Below, in pieces: positions 28,609-39,427 of a stretch of DNA of 64,000 nt. Origin of the DNA: Candidatus Magasanikiibacteriota bacterium. GTDB lineage: Bacteria > Patescibacteriota > Patescibacteriia > Magasanikbacterales > UBA922. The notes beneath the pieces were generated by a model, which made no database searches, had not been told where the DNA came from, and worked only from the letters and a program-made list of their open reading frames with translations. A program made the translations under genes and the position numbers. Within the stretch, counting starts at the first letter, position 1. The number at the start of each line of letters is the position of its first letter. The stretch covers positions 5,440 to 69,439 of the forward strand of contig JBAYJP010000006.1 in NCBI GenBank assembly GCA_041665025.1. Reading direction: 5' to 3'.

Positions 28609-28720
28609 AATTATTCTAATTATACTAACTATTCTAATTATTCTAAACAAATTCTAATTTCAAAAAATAATTTGTGTATTCCTTAGGTCAATTAGAATAA
28701 TTAGCACAATTAGAACAATT
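28609..28720. mobile_element. Second copy of the MITE-like element (AAAAATTATTCTAATTATACTAA ... TTAGGTCAATTAGAATAATTAGCACAATTAGAACAATTG), between scpA and scpB
   Basis: Same terminal inverted repeats as 7827-7937; about 110 bp. Confidence 0.5.
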
Positions 28721-28721
28721 G

Positions 28722-29435
28722 TCAGATACCTTTAATAACAATATTCCCAAAGCTCGCATCCTGTTCAACATAGACCATCTTTTGTTTTACCAGCTCGAGC
28801 AAGGCGAGAAAACTTATGATTATTTCTGTGCGCGATGTAGTATCTGCAAGCAATTCATTGAAACTCAATGTCTTTCTTTTTGAAATAAGTGATCGTAATA
28901 TGTCAACTTTTTCTTTCAATGAAACAGTCTTGTCAATACGCGTCTCAGGCAATGGTTTGGGAGGCGCAAGTCGCGACACCAATTGTACCATACTTTCATA
29001 TAGCGCGTCAGTGGACAAATTATCAGGTTTCACTAATTCCTTTGGGGGAGACAGGGGTTCAATACGCTCATATCCTTTGTCTGGAGAAAGCCACATCTCA
29101 TTTAATTTTTTACTTACTGCTACAAAATGCCGATACAGACGCAATTGTTCCTCAAGCGACATCCCTTCTTCGTCTGGCTGACCTATTTCTGGCAACAGCG
29201 TCTTTGATTTGAGCAAAAGCAATTTTGCGGCAATAACCAAAAAATCAGCTAAATCATGAGGGTTTATCTCTTCCAAAGAATCAAGATATATCAAATATTG
29301 TTCGGTAACGGCAGAAAGCGAAATCTCGCTCAACTCCATTTTTTCTTGTTCAATAAGAGAAAGCAAGAGATCCAAAGGACCTTCAAATTTTCTACTTTTA
29401 AAACTAATTGCGTTCATACACTCCTTGTTTATCAT
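28722..29435 (-). CDS. scpA: Segregation and condensation protein A
   Basis: FEGPLDLLLSLIEQEKMELSEISLSAVTEQYL N-terminal signature. Confidence 0.85.
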   Translation of the reverse strand: MINKECMNAISFKSRKFEGPLDLLLSLIEQEKMELSEISLSAVTEQYLIYLDSLEEINPHDLADFLVIAAKLLLLKSKTLLPEIGQPDEEGMSLEEQLRLYRHFVAVSKKLNEMWLSPDKGYERIEPLSPPKELVKPDNLSTDALYESMVQLVSRLAPPKPLPETRIDKTVSLKEKVDILRSLISKRKTLSFNELLADTTSRTEIIISFLALLELVKQKMVYVEQDASFGNIVIKGI

Positions 29436-30177
29436 TGCGATAAATAGTTATGACATCTTTTATAATCTGCAAACCATGGCGCAATGCCGATACTCCCCCG
29501 CGCGTATTGCATGGTTGCTTCAATGCAACAGGAATTTGGAGTATATCCACGTTATTGCGGATTGCGATAATAAATAATTCAACATCAAAAACCCACCGGT
29601 ATGTCTTTATGTTTGAAAACAAAATATGTGCCGCCTCCCGCGTAAATATTTTCAATCCGCACTGTGTGTCTTCGTACGCACGCACCTCTCTTGGTAATAT
29701 GAGATGAAAAATTTTGGTAAAAAAACCACGGTATCTATTATACTGCGGATGAAGTGTTTTGACTATATGCCTGTTGCCTACAATCATACCAATTTCTTTG
29801 TCTTGCAACAACATCATACTGTCTTTCAAAACTTCTAAACCGTAGGGTAACTCTACATCAGTAAAAGCAACAAGACCATTTGGATGAACATGTTCAAACG
29901 CAAACTTAATAGCATGACCTTTTCCTTTATTTTCTCTATAGCCTAAAATTTTGAATTTAAAACTTTTATTTTGAGTATAATCTTCCATGCGTTTTCGCGT
30001 TTCATCGGTGCTTCCATCGTCCACAAATACAATGGTATCAATAAAATTATTCTGAACACAAAAAGTATGCAATTCATTGCACGTCTTTTCAATATACTGC
30101 TCGCCATTGTAGACCGGAATAATAAGGGTCAAAATTTGTGGGAATTGCATAAGAATATAGAAGAGTAAGTATAACAC
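29404..30177 (-). CDS. Family 2 glycosyltransferase (dolichyl/polyprenyl-phosphate sugar transferase-like)
   Basis: GT-A signature LIIPVYNGE...FVDDGSTDET; the DxD region is present. Confidence 0.8.
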   Translation of the reverse strand: MLYLLFYILMQFPQILTLIIPVYNGEQYIEKTCNELHTFCVQNNFIDTIVFVDDGSTDETRKRMEDYTQNKSFKFKILGYRENKGKGHAIKFAFEHVHPNGLVAFTDVELPYGLEVLKDSMMLLQDKEIGMIVGNRHIVKTLHPQYNRYRGFFTKIFHLILPREVRAYEDTQCGLKIFTREAAHILFSNIKTYRWVFDVELFIIAIRNNVDILQIPVALKQPCNTRGGVSALRHGLQIIKDVITIYRNDKQGVYERN

Positions 30178-30187
30178 ACATCGTTCA

Positions 30188-31846
30188 TCACTTCACCTCA
30201 AAAAAGTTCATCTTCTCTCCATCAAAAAAAGCTAAAATTATTTGCTTCTCCTGCTCTGTATATGTTTTTAAGACATCATCTCTAACATCAATAGTAATGC
30301 CCTCTCCCTTAAATCCCAATCGGACAAAATTCTCCATACTAAAATTTGCTAATTCATGTTTGTATGTCGCAAACCCAGTGAAAATACTTTTATCTAAATT
30401 ATTAATCGGCACAAGTTGATAGCTATATTCATTTTGTTCTAATGCGAGAATATTCTTACCCACTCTTGATTTGCCGAGTTCTGTATATAGCGGTATTCTC
30501 TCGCCAAGAAAGAAGCCTCTGTCTGAAGTCAAATACACTGCCTCTTTTATGGCGTTACGAAATACAGGAGCTCCAGCCACGTTGTCTGGCAACCCGACAA
30601 TAAGCGTATAGTAATTATTTTTAAAATTAAATGATCTAAAATCATCTAAAATCTGATCACGAACACGGGATGCGAGCGTATAATCATGTAATTTGGAAGG
30701 AATCTGATATAACAAAAATATACTTGCAACGGCAACAATACCCCATGTTATCCACTTTCCATATGTTACTCGTATGAATACTCCATACAAAACTACCCCT
30801 ACCCACATCACAAAAAATATAGATACAAAATATCCATACCGTTCACCTTCATTATTTACAGGGTTTAATTGCAAAGATAAAAATGGATAACTCAAAATAA
30901 CATATGCACCCAGTAAAAACCACGCTATTTTTCTATATTCTTTGTGCATTACAAAAATCATTATTCCCAAAATTGCCAGGATACTTAATACAAACAACAT
31001 ATCATGTCTAAAAAACCACTCCGAAACCGACTGCCTATATGGATAAGAAATAACATGTGAAGTTGCAATTTCTACAAAAGTTTTCAGCTTTGCAACAAGT
31101 CCTATTGATTCACCTTGCCCTGCGTAATACCCAAATACATACCCGACAATACGATAACGCAACCATACGAACAACAGGGTAAAAAGGCCAAAAGGCAACA
31201 AACGAATCACCAGGCGTTTGAACGTACCCAAAATTCCATCCCATCTGCCAAAGAAGCATTCCATAAGCAAGACAACGAATGGAAGCATAATGGCTGTTTC
31301 TTTGGTAAAGACTGACAGAACATACGCACATACAGAAACAAACAAAAGATTTTTTTTCTTGGTCTCAATAAATTCGTAATAAAAATATAATGCCAGAACC
31401 GCAAAGAACGTGGCAAATACATGCGGTTGTACGGCAATCCACGATACGGACTCAATATGGCCGGGCAATATAATAAACAGAACACTAGAAATAAAACCTA
31501 TTATTTTTGAATGAGACAATTTCGTTAACCACAGATATATAATAAAAGCCGTTAGTGTATACAAGATAAGTGACACCAAGTGGTAAAAAACAGCATTGAG
31601 ATGAAACAAAAGATACTCAATCGTAAACAACACATTCCACACAGGTCCATATGACCCTCCGGAGGCTTCGCCGACATTATTTGTATTGAAGTATTTCAAT
31701 ACTGAATCCTGAAGTGATGTAATATACAAAAAATGATAATCATCGCTCAGAAAGCCGAAAAATAATGAACGGTAATATAAACTAAAAACAACTCCCAGAA
31801 GGAGGAGAAAGACAAGGATATTTTTTCGGGTTGAAGTCATGTGCAT
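30188..31846 (-). CDS. Polytopic membrane protein, putative GT-C fold (ArnT/PMT-like) glycosyltransferase
   Basis: Twelve or more TM helices, with an extracytoplasmic loop near the N-terminus; placed directly downstream of the GT2 gene. Confidence 0.45.
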   Translation of the reverse strand: MHMTSTRKNILVFLLLLGVVFSLYYRSLFFGFLSDDYHFLYITSLQDSVLKYFNTNNVGEASGGSYGPVWNVLFTIEYLLFHLNAVFYHLVSLILYTLTAFIIYLWLTKLSHSKIIGFISSVLFIILPGHIESVSWIAVQPHVFATFFAVLALYFYYEFIETKKKNLLFVSVCAYVLSVFTKETAIMLPFVVLLMECFFGRWDGILGTFKRLVIRLLPFGLFTLLFVWLRYRIVGYVFGYYAGQGESIGLVAKLKTFVEIATSHVISYPYRQSVSEWFFRHDMLFVLSILAILGIMIFVMHKEYRKIAWFLLGAYVILSYPFLSLQLNPVNNEGERYGYFVSIFFVMWVGVVLYGVFIRVTYGKWITWGIVAVASIFLLYQIPSKLHDYTLASRVRDQILDDFRSFNFKNNYYTLIVGLPDNVAGAPVFRNAIKEAVYLTSDRGFFLGERIPLYTELGKSRVGKNILALEQNEYSYQLVPINNLDKSIFTGFATYKHELANFSMENFVRLGFKGEGITIDVRDDVLKTYTEQEKQIILAFFDGEKMNFFEVK

Positions 31847-31849
31847 GCA

Positions 31850-32152
31850 TTAACGACGAAACGGTAATTTCCGCTGTCGTCGCTGATATATTTCTTTCAC
31901 TATCTTCGCACCCACCAGGGTTAGCCCCACATGCGTGATAAACCATTTGTGCGGCGTTCGCCTACCAAATCCGGTCAGAAGCTCTCTGTCGATTAGGCGT
32001 TCGATGCTTTGGGTAATAATGTGTTCTAGGTATTCTTGTTTGGGTTTTTTATTTTGAGTTTCGTAAAATGTCCGAAATATTTTTCGATCTACGCGCCCTC
32101 CCTTTTGTGATAACTCAAGCAAAATATATTCTTGTAAGCGGGAAAGAAGCAT
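31850..32152 (-). CDS. Hypothetical small basic protein
   Basis: ORF only. Confidence 0.35.
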   Translation of the reverse strand: MLLSRLQEYILLELSQKGGRVDRKIFRTFYETQNKKPKQEYLEHIITQSIERLIDRELLTGFGRRTPHKWFITHVGLTLVGAKIVKEIYQRRQRKLPFRR

Positions 32153-32195
32153 ATGAAACCAACAACGAAATTTACTGCACCAAATGGCTTTTAAT

Positions 32196-32741
32196 TTAAT
32201 TATCTTCTTTCAATATAGGTGGTTCATTATCTTCATGCACAACGCCTTGTCGAAGTAATCCGGGGTGCACTCGTTCAGCCATATCTATAAACCTCTCTTT
32301 TTCTGACACTTGTAATCCCGCTAACACCTCAGCAGGAATTTGCTGTCCTCCCGGGTAAACAGATGAATATGCGATTTTCGCACTTAAAATTTCAGCAAGA
32401 TCAGCATCTGTTGCAGGCCTTAAACTTTGCGGAAGAGGTTCGCCACTTTCAAAGTAAGGTACGGAAGCACCACCTCCAAGACCATATTGGAAGCGTCGTT
32501 CCCCGTCAATGACCGCACCTGGCTTTGTACTGGTTATTCCTTGCCACGCGCCATCCGGCGTAGAAGGGCTGACAACTAGTTCCTTCTTCACCCTATCTGC
32601 AGAGTTTGTTACTGTATTTATATACAAGCTACCAGGGACAAATTCCCTTTTACCGAGTTCCGTCTTAGCGCGATCCTCCTGTACAGGTACTGAAAACCCA
32701 GATACTTCTGCGCCATGACGTAATATTTCTGATTCATTCAT
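32196..32741 (-). CDS. Hypothetical protein
   Basis: ORF only; slightly GC-richer than its neighbours. Confidence 0.35.
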   Translation of the reverse strand: MNESEILRHGAEVSGFSVPVQEDRAKTELGKREFVPGSLYINTVTNSADRVKKELVVSPSTPDGAWQGITSTKPGAVIDGERRFQYGLGGGASVPYFESGEPLPQSLRPATDADLAEILSAKIAYSSVYPGGQQIPAEVLAGLQVSEKERFIDMAERVHPGLLRQGVVHEDNEPPILKEDN

Positions 32742-32778
32742 AAGAAATTTGATTAAAACAAATTAAATATTAAAACTC

Positions 32779-34551
32779 TTATTTTCTATCTATAATCTTC
32801 AGTCCCAGTTCACCAAGCTGTTTTTTATCAACTTCAGATGGGCTTCCCATCATCGGCTCTTGTGCTTTTTGATTTTTGGGGAATGCGACAACAGCACGGA
32901 TATTCTTTTCGCCTTTCAAAACCATGGTAAGTCGTTCAATGCCCGGTGCAAAACCGCAGTGTGGAGGCGCACCGTATTCAAACGCGTCAATCATGTGTCC
33001 AAATTTTGCGTCAACATCTTTTTTGCTGTATCCGGCAATTTCAAATGCTTTGTACATTATTTTTGGATCCTTATTTCGAACCGCGCCAGAAGAAAGTTCA
33101 AATCCGTTGGCGATAATGTCGTATTGGTATGCGAGAATATCCAGAGGATCTCGGGTTTCAAGAGCTTTCATACCCCCTTGCGGCATTGAGAATGGATTGT
33201 GTCCAAAGTCTATTTTTTTCTGATCATCATTGTATTCATACATGGGAAAGTCCACAATCCACGCCCACGCAATCACACTTTCATCAATCAAATGTAATTT
33301 ATTGGCTGCAAGTTCTCGTACTGGTCCTAGTGATTTGCATGATACATCCCATCTATCTGCAGAGAAAAATAATATGGCATTACCAAACTTAGATAATGTA
33401 GCTAACTCGGTCAACTTAGATAGCTTTTTATCGTCAAAAAATTTACTCACTCCCCCATCAAATTTTCCATCTGTATATTTCATCCACGCCAATCCTTTGG
33501 CCCCGGTGCGTTTTGCTTTATCAGTAAATTCGTCATCAATTTCTTTTCGGGTAAACACGTCCCCACCTGGTACGACAAGCACGCGCACATAAGGTGCTTG
33601 TTTGAATACATTGAAATCTGAAGAATGTGCCCAGTCGGTAACATCGGTTAATTTCAAATCATAACGCAAATCCGGCCTATCACTGCCATATTCTTCCATA
33701 ACTTGTTTGAAGGGAATGCGTGGGAATGGTGTTTTCAATACTTTTTTTCCTGCAAGCTTCTCGGTCAATTCTACAAACAATGGTTCAACTACATCAAAAA
33801 ATTCATCCTGAGTAAGAAAACTTGTCTCCACATCAAGCTGATAAAATTCTCCTGGAGAACGGTCTGCACGTGCGTCCTCGTCGCGCATACACGCCGCTAT
33901 TTGGTAATACCTGTCAAACCCCGCAACCATTAATAATTGCTTGTATTGTTGAGGAGCTTGTGGCAAAGCATAAAATTTTCCTGGATGGAGTCGTGACGGC
34001 ACAAGAAAATCACGAGCGCCTTCGGGAGAAGACACAGTTAAAATGGGTGTAGCAATATCTACAAAATTTCTATCTTCCATGAATTTGCGAATGTGCTGTA
34101 CGACTTTTGCGCGAAATAAAATATTGTCTCTCAATTTTTCACGGCGCAATTCCAAATAACGGTATTTGAGGCGCAGTTCTTCGTCTTCTTCTTCTTTGTG
34201 CGCGTCAAAAATTTCAAATGGCAATGTCTTTGCTTCGCTTAATATTTCGATCTCGTTTGCAATTATTTCAATCTCACCTGTAGATAATTTATTATTCACG
34301 CTTTTTGCCTCTCGCTCACCTACTTCGCCCTCAACTCTAATAACATATTCATATTTCAGTTTTTCTACAACATCAAAATGTTTCACCGTGTCGGGATGAA
34401 ATACGACTTGGGTCAAGCCATATTTGTCACGCAGGTCTACAAACACAAGTCCGCCTAAATCACGCCGTTTGTGCACCCAGCCGGATAACATTACCTTTTT
34501 TCCAACATGTTTTTTGGTTAATTCACCACAGGTGTGTGTACGATAGGTCAT
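32779..34551 (-). CDS. aspS: Aspartyl-tRNA synthetase (bacterial type with GAD insertion)
   Basis: N-terminal OB fold (GWVHKRRDLGGLVFVDLRD) and class II motifs (FRDED-like, GFDRYYQIAACMRDED, GGGIERL). Confidence 0.9.
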   Translation of the reverse strand: MTYRTHTCGELTKKHVGKKVMLSGWVHKRRDLGGLVFVDLRDKYGLTQVVFHPDTVKHFDVVEKLKYEYVIRVEGEVGEREAKSVNNKLSTGEIEIIANEIEILSEAKTLPFEIFDAHKEEEDEELRLKYRYLELRREKLRDNILFRAKVVQHIRKFMEDRNFVDIATPILTVSSPEGARDFLVPSRLHPGKFYALPQAPQQYKQLLMVAGFDRYYQIAACMRDEDARADRSPGEFYQLDVETSFLTQDEFFDVVEPLFVELTEKLAGKKVLKTPFPRIPFKQVMEEYGSDRPDLRYDLKLTDVTDWAHSSDFNVFKQAPYVRVLVVPGGDVFTRKEIDDEFTDKAKRTGAKGLAWMKYTDGKFDGGVSKFFDDKKLSKLTELATLSKFGNAILFFSADRWDVSCKSLGPVRELAANKLHLIDESVIAWAWIVDFPMYEYNDDQKKIDFGHNPFSMPQGGMKALETRDPLDILAYQYDIIANGFELSSGAVRNKDPKIMYKAFEIAGYSKKDVDAKFGHMIDAFEYGAPPHCGFAPGIERLTMVLKGEKNIRAVVAFPKNQKAQEPMMGSPSEVDKKQLGELGLKIIDRK

Positions 34552-34640
34552 ATTTTTTTGCTTAAATTACGTACGTATCTTAGCAAAAAAACCTTGGTAA
34601 GACAAGGGTGATAATAGGTTATCCCGAAGACTTAATCTCT

Positions 34641-34802
34641 GCCCCTCTGAGTTTGTTCGAGCAACCCACCCTTAATCCCTCCTTTAAAAAGGGAGGGAAA
34701 GACGATTTAACAAACTCCTCCTCCCTTTTTAAGGGAGGAGGTTGGGAGGTGGGTTGCACGGACAATGCAAGGGAAAATAAAAAGAAGATAGGTTGCTCGA
34801 AC
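34641..34802. repeat. Family A REP-like cluster: two oppositely oriented CTCC(T)CCCTTTTTAAGGGAGG hairpins nested inside a GTTCGAGCAACCCACCC ... GGGTGGGTTGC ... GGTTGCTCGAAC outer inverted repeat
   Basis: Intergenic, between aspS and the M23/LTD gene; read directly from sequence. Confidence 0.65.
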
Positions 34803-34816
34803 TGTTAACCCAAGAC

Positions 34817-37800
34817 TCAAAACGGAAACAACTCCGCCGGATGCCAATTTTTTAATCCCTGATGAAAAAACATATCAGCAAAACTATCAGCCGACATGTT
34901 ATTATGAGAAAATATGTAATCGCCTTCTGCATGCACAGCAAAATCCATTCTGTTGAACTGCACCGCATCCAAATTCAATGAACCTCCATCAAAATATATA
35001 CCATTGTCATACCATGATGAATATATTTTATCATATGGCTCATCCCAGCCTATCGAACTGTTTGAAATATTCAACTGGCTATTTTTTGCATATATATTTC
35101 CTCCTGGCCGTCGAGAATTTGATATTTCGACTCCATTTAAAATGACTTCTGAATCTCGCAACCACAATGCTGCGCTCTCCGGCGCGCCTACTATTGGATA
35201 TGATGAAACATTTGGAAATGATCCTCCTCTTATTATATCTACATGATTTAACTGTGATATTGAATTATTAAAATATATTCCTCCAAACCAACTATTATCT
35301 GCTCCGGAAATAATCACAGGAAATTCAACTGTCCCTTGCGCGTTAAGCGTACCATCCACCGTCAATAGGCTATATGGAGTAAACAAAAGCGTTGCGCCAG
35401 GCATAAGAGTAAGTGTACTTGAAGCAGAGACTGTCGCGCTTGAAAAAATAAAAGGTGTTTGAGCTTGTATGGTTGTGTCATAGTCAAATACAACTGAACT
35501 GCCATACATTGCACTGGTTGAATTCCCTATAAATGTATTGCCTGAACTTGAATGAGGAAAATTTCCTGCAAAGACTGCAGGGTATGTATGGGGAAATATA
35601 AAATCAGAAAAAATTGAATTATTCACCATAGCATGTGGAACATCTTTTATATAAACACCCTGGTAACCTCCACTCAAATGTATATTCTCCAATGAAACTT
35701 GTCCGCCATTGCTCCATATATATGCATCATTATCAGACGTACGAGATCCCGCGTCATAACTATTGTGAACACTCACGTGATCTAAATCTAGAATTCCTCC
35801 GTCATTTCGTACAAGCTCCGAAACTGATTGGGATGTAGGAAAAAAGCGATTTCCGCCATAGTACATATCAGCATATTGGGCTTTAAATAAACCTCCGCTT
35901 TGCACGTGTATTCCCTGCCAGTCTCCTGCAGCAGGTTCACCTTCACATGAGGCAAGAGTCATAAATGCTTCACACACCTGTACTGTTTGAGGATCTCTAC
36001 GGGACGTCATAATAATATGATGGTCCTGCGCACCTGAAAAGATTAAAGAACCACTGACACTAAATCCTCCAGCATCAAATATGCTAATAATGTTTGAACC
36101 TTGTGCAAATTCAACTGTGTATCCCGTTGGAATAACTACATTATCAATAATATAAGGACTATGCTCTTTTGAAAATACTATGGTAGAAGTATTGGCAAGC
36201 AGATTATTATAATATAACGTAACATTACTTGGAATGTACCAATCTGTTTTGTTGTCTGACTCGGGACTTCCATATACGTCTCCACAATTATTGCTTCTAA
36301 CTCCATAACGCAGAGATTCACTCGTACGCCAATTCGTTGGCCAATTGCCAGGCAAAGCAGAATTCACGCGTTCCATAGGACGAAATACTCCTATTGATTG
36401 ACCACCAAACCAACCAGCTTGTTGATCTGTTTCATCTACAATATTACTTTCACTATCTTTTAACGTGAGATGCGCGCCGCTATCGGACAATGAAACACCT
36501 GGAGGAAATAAGGAGTTAGACTGTTTGCTTGTGATTACTTTTTCATTGCGCTCGACAAGATAATATCCATGTCCTGCAATACTGCCCGCAAGCGGCATAC
36601 TAAACTCTTCATTTTCATATTGTACCTGTAGGGTCCACCCGGATACATCCATAGGTACATCGCTCGGGTTATACAATTCAATCCATTCATCTTGCGCACA
36701 TTTGTTAATAGATGCCACACCCATCCACGCTATCTCATTTATAACCACTGTCTTTGGCCAGTCAACTGCTACGCTTTGATCTTCCCCACTCCACAAAGAC
36801 TCATTGCCTGCCTTATCATATGCTTTTACGCGCATATAATATGATACATAGCGATCTACGTCTGTCATTTCATAACTCGTACTTGTCGTGTGAGATAGGA
36901 GTTTCTGCCACTCTGAACCTGAACCATTTTTGTATTCAATATCAAAATATGCAATACCAGTCCCCGAGTCAGTACTTGTCCATTCACTGTGCAATGTAGG
37001 AGTAGCAAAATCACTTTGTACAAGCTGGACAATAGGCTGCGTTGGTGGCGTACTATCAAGATTGATAACAATATTTGCTCCGGATATTGGTTTCCCTTCT
37101 CCATCCTCAATATGCAATGAAAATACATTTTCACCTTCTGTCAAAACGACCTCTTTGCGCCATGTTGTGCTTGACGCGTATTCCACTCCGTCTGAACTGC
37201 CATTGATAAAAATCTTTTCAACACTCACTGATTTGTCACCTTCAAATGTAGTTGTTGCAGAATTGGTTATCCACGGCGTTTCAGTTGGGAATGAAATACT
37301 AAACCACGGCTCTTCTTCACCAGATTCTGCATTACTAGATTCCTGTGTAGAATCTGACGAAGAATTCGGCGTAGATGAGCCGCCCCCACCGCCATATGAA
37401 GGTGAAACAAATGGTGAAATAATAGTATGCACTACTTCTTCAACTTTTTCCTGAATAATTTTTATACCATGCACGATATCATCCAATGCTCTCTGGTCTT
37501 TTTCAACTATTGTTTCTGGTTTCCACTCCTCTTCAACTTTTTTATCTGCAATAGCTAGATTCAATCTATATATCTCATTTCCAATTTGTTCATATGTGCT
37601 GCCCGTGTATCTCACAATCATCAATTGTAATCCGTAATTCCCTACAACATCTGGAGTATGAACAATGAAGGAAAAAGACGCTGTTTGACCACTAATAACC
37701 ATAGCTTGGTCCATGAGTGCTGGACGCAAGCTTGTAAGCCAGGTCGCGTGTTTGAACTGTACGTTTTTTTCCACTCCCCCAATTACATTTAGAGAAACCT

Positions 37801-38764
37801 GATCAGACCTGTTCCACGCAGTCTTTCCTGTATTTTTTACACTGATTTTTAGTGCGACATCTTTGCCTGGTTCAGAAGTAATATGTTCTGGCGTATTCAA
37901 AATATCTGCATTATACACAGACAGATTGTTTGCTTCTTCTTTCTTCTCCTCCGGTTTTTGTTCTGGTATATTTTCTATTTTTTCTCCCTCAACGTTTTGT
38001 TGTTCTGAAGAAAAGAGTGAAGAAAAAAAGATTTTTACATTGTTCCAGAGAGAGGGCGACGGAGATTGAGATTGCGATTGAGAATTTTGGATTGGTTGGT
38101 TTTCCTGAACACCTAAATTTTTATTGAGTTCGATAAATTTGGATGGGGAGTAACGGTGAGGGGCGTAGCCGGTGGTGCCGGAGTAACCTTTACCGACGCC
38201 ACCTAAAATATCATCCTGAAAAGCTTTAGCATCTTTTACCTCAAAGTGTAGATGTGCATCATAAATACACAACTTAGCAACATCAGCTATGATATCTCCC
38301 TTCTTCACAATGTCTCCATCTTCTACTTTTATATTTGTTAAATGCCCGTAAAGACTATACACAACAGTAGGATTATTTTCAGTCGATGCGGTAATGATAG
38401 TACCATCGGAAGAAAAGACGTCAGGATTTACAACCTCATGCTTTATGATAACCACGCCTCCCCACCCGTGTGAATCTTCTACCTTTTTTCTAACACCATC
38501 GATTATTTCCACCTTATCACATAGTGCCCAGCGAACGCTTTTAACTACTTCGCCGTTAGCAATCGATTTTACCTGAGTACCCGCATCTACCGCAAAGTCC
38601 TCACCTAAGTGTCCCACATACTTATCTGTATATTTTGCGCCAAATCCGTTAGACAAATAATAATCACTAAGTGGCAATAGCATGCCACTGTCAACAACAG
38701 AAAATACTAAAACTGGAATAAAAACAAATAGACCAACAAAGAAAAATATATCCCTCCTAAACAT
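34817..38764 (-). CDS. Secreted 1315-aa protein: N-terminal TM/signal, M23 (LytM-type) peptidase domain, Ig/FN3-like regions, Lamin-tail domain (LTD) and a beta-helix-like C-terminal region
   Basis: M23 motifs HLGEDF...YGHL...HLHFEV; LTD signature NEIAWMG...EWIELYNPSD..VSGWTL. Confidence 0.7.
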   Translation of the reverse strand: MFRRDIFFFVGLFVFIPVLVFSVVDSGMLLPLSDYYLSNGFGAKYTDKYVGHLGEDFAVDAGTQVKSIANGEVVKSVRWALCDKVEIIDGVRKKVEDSHGWGGVVIIKHEVVNPDVFSSDGTIITASTENNPTVVYSLYGHLTNIKVEDGDIVKKGDIIADVAKLCIYDAHLHFEVKDAKAFQDDILGGVGKGYSGTTGYAPHRYSPSKFIELNKNLGVQENQPIQNSQSQSQSPSPSLWNNVKIFFSSLFSSEQQNVEGEKIENIPEQKPEEKKEEANNLSVYNADILNTPEHITSEPGKDVALKISVKNTGKTAWNRSDQVSLNVIGGVEKNVQFKHATWLTSLRPALMDQAMVISGQTASFSFIVHTPDVVGNYGLQLMIVRYTGSTYEQIGNEIYRLNLAIADKKVEEEWKPETIVEKDQRALDDIVHGIKIIQEKVEEVVHTIISPFVSPSYGGGGGSSTPNSSSDSTQESSNAESGEEEPWFSISFPTETPWITNSATTTFEGDKSVSVEKIFINGSSDGVEYASSTTWRKEVVLTEGENVFSLHIEDGEGKPISGANIVINLDSTPPTQPIVQLVQSDFATPTLHSEWTSTDSGTGIAYFDIEYKNGSGSEWQKLLSHTTSTSYEMTDVDRYVSYYMRVKAYDKAGNESLWSGEDQSVAVDWPKTVVINEIAWMGVASINKCAQDEWIELYNPSDVPMDVSGWTLQVQYENEEFSMPLAGSIAGHGYYLVERNEKVITSKQSNSLFPPGVSLSDSGAHLTLKDSESNIVDETDQQAGWFGGQSIGVFRPMERVNSALPGNWPTNWRTSESLRYGVRSNNCGDVYGSPESDNKTDWYIPSNVTLYYNNLLANTSTIVFSKEHSPYIIDNVVIPTGYTVEFAQGSNIISIFDAGGFSVSGSLIFSGAQDHHIIMTSRRDPQTVQVCEAFMTLASCEGEPAAGDWQGIHVQSGGLFKAQYADMYYGGNRFFPTSQSVSELVRNDGGILDLDHVSVHNSYDAGSRTSDNDAYIWSNGGQVSLENIHLSGGYQGVYIKDVPHAMVNNSIFSDFIFPHTYPAVFAGNFPHSSSGNTFIGNSTSAMYGSSVVFDYDTTIQAQTPFIFSSATVSASSTLTLMPGATLLFTPYSLLTVDGTLNAQGTVEFPVIISGADNSWFGGIYFNNSISQLNHVDIIRGGSFPNVSSYPIVGAPESAALWLRDSEVILNGVEISNSRRPGGNIYAKNSQLNISNSSIGWDEPYDKIYSSWYDNGIYFDGGSLNLDAVQFNRMDFAVHAEGDYIFSHNNMSADSFADMFFHQGLKNWHPAELFPF

Positions 38765-38769
38765 ATATT

Positions 38770-39348
38770 TTATCTAAAAGTCATGTTATTAAAAATTTCC
38801 ATAGGGTTTCCAAATATGGAATCAACGAATACAACTTTATTCTCATACTTATAAATCAAAATTTTTTCATTATCTGCATATGAGGGAACATTAATTATAT
38901 ACACTTCTTTGTCTCCTATTAATTTTTTCTCATAAGAATAATCGTCACCGTATTCTTGTTGACTAATCCATGACAATACCCAATCTTCTAAAGAAGAATT
39001 TTTTAAATCTAACAAACTGATATTGTAAGATTCCCTATAATCTAATTCGTTATTATCCGAAATAGCTTGATTAGTTACTACTAACAAGCCATTTTTATAT
39101 TCGATTGATTTAAAATCTGATTCTAATCTGACAGAATAATTATCGATGTTATTGACCAATTTTTTATTACCATCTTCTTCAATAATGCTCACCCCCTCTG
39201 GCAACGATACTTCTTGCCCACCATTCGTTTCTTGGTCCTTATCAACTACAGAATTATTTTGTCTTACAAAAAATAAATAACCCCCGACACCGAGGGCTAC
39301 AACCAAAATAATTGCCCCCCACAACATAAAATATGTTTTGTTTCGCAT
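38770..39348 (-). CDS. Hypothetical membrane-anchored protein (single N-terminal TM helix), co-directional with and 6 bp downstream of the 1315-aa gene
   Basis: ORF with an N-terminal hydrophobic helix. Confidence 0.45.
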   Translation of the reverse strand: MRNKTYFMLWGAIILVVALGVGGYLFFVRQNNSVVDKDQETNGGQEVSLPEGVSIIEEDGNKKLVNNIDNYSVRLESDFKSIEYKNGLLVVTNQAISDNNELDYRESYNISLLDLKNSSLEDWVLSWISQQEYGDDYSYEKKLIGDKEVYIINVPSYADNEKILIYKYENKVVFVDSIFGNPMEIFNNMTFR

Positions 39349-39427
39349 AGAAAAAATTAATGTATATTAATAATATAAAAATTATACTACACAGCGTGGC
39401 TAAAGACAATATGTGTATGTTGTATGT

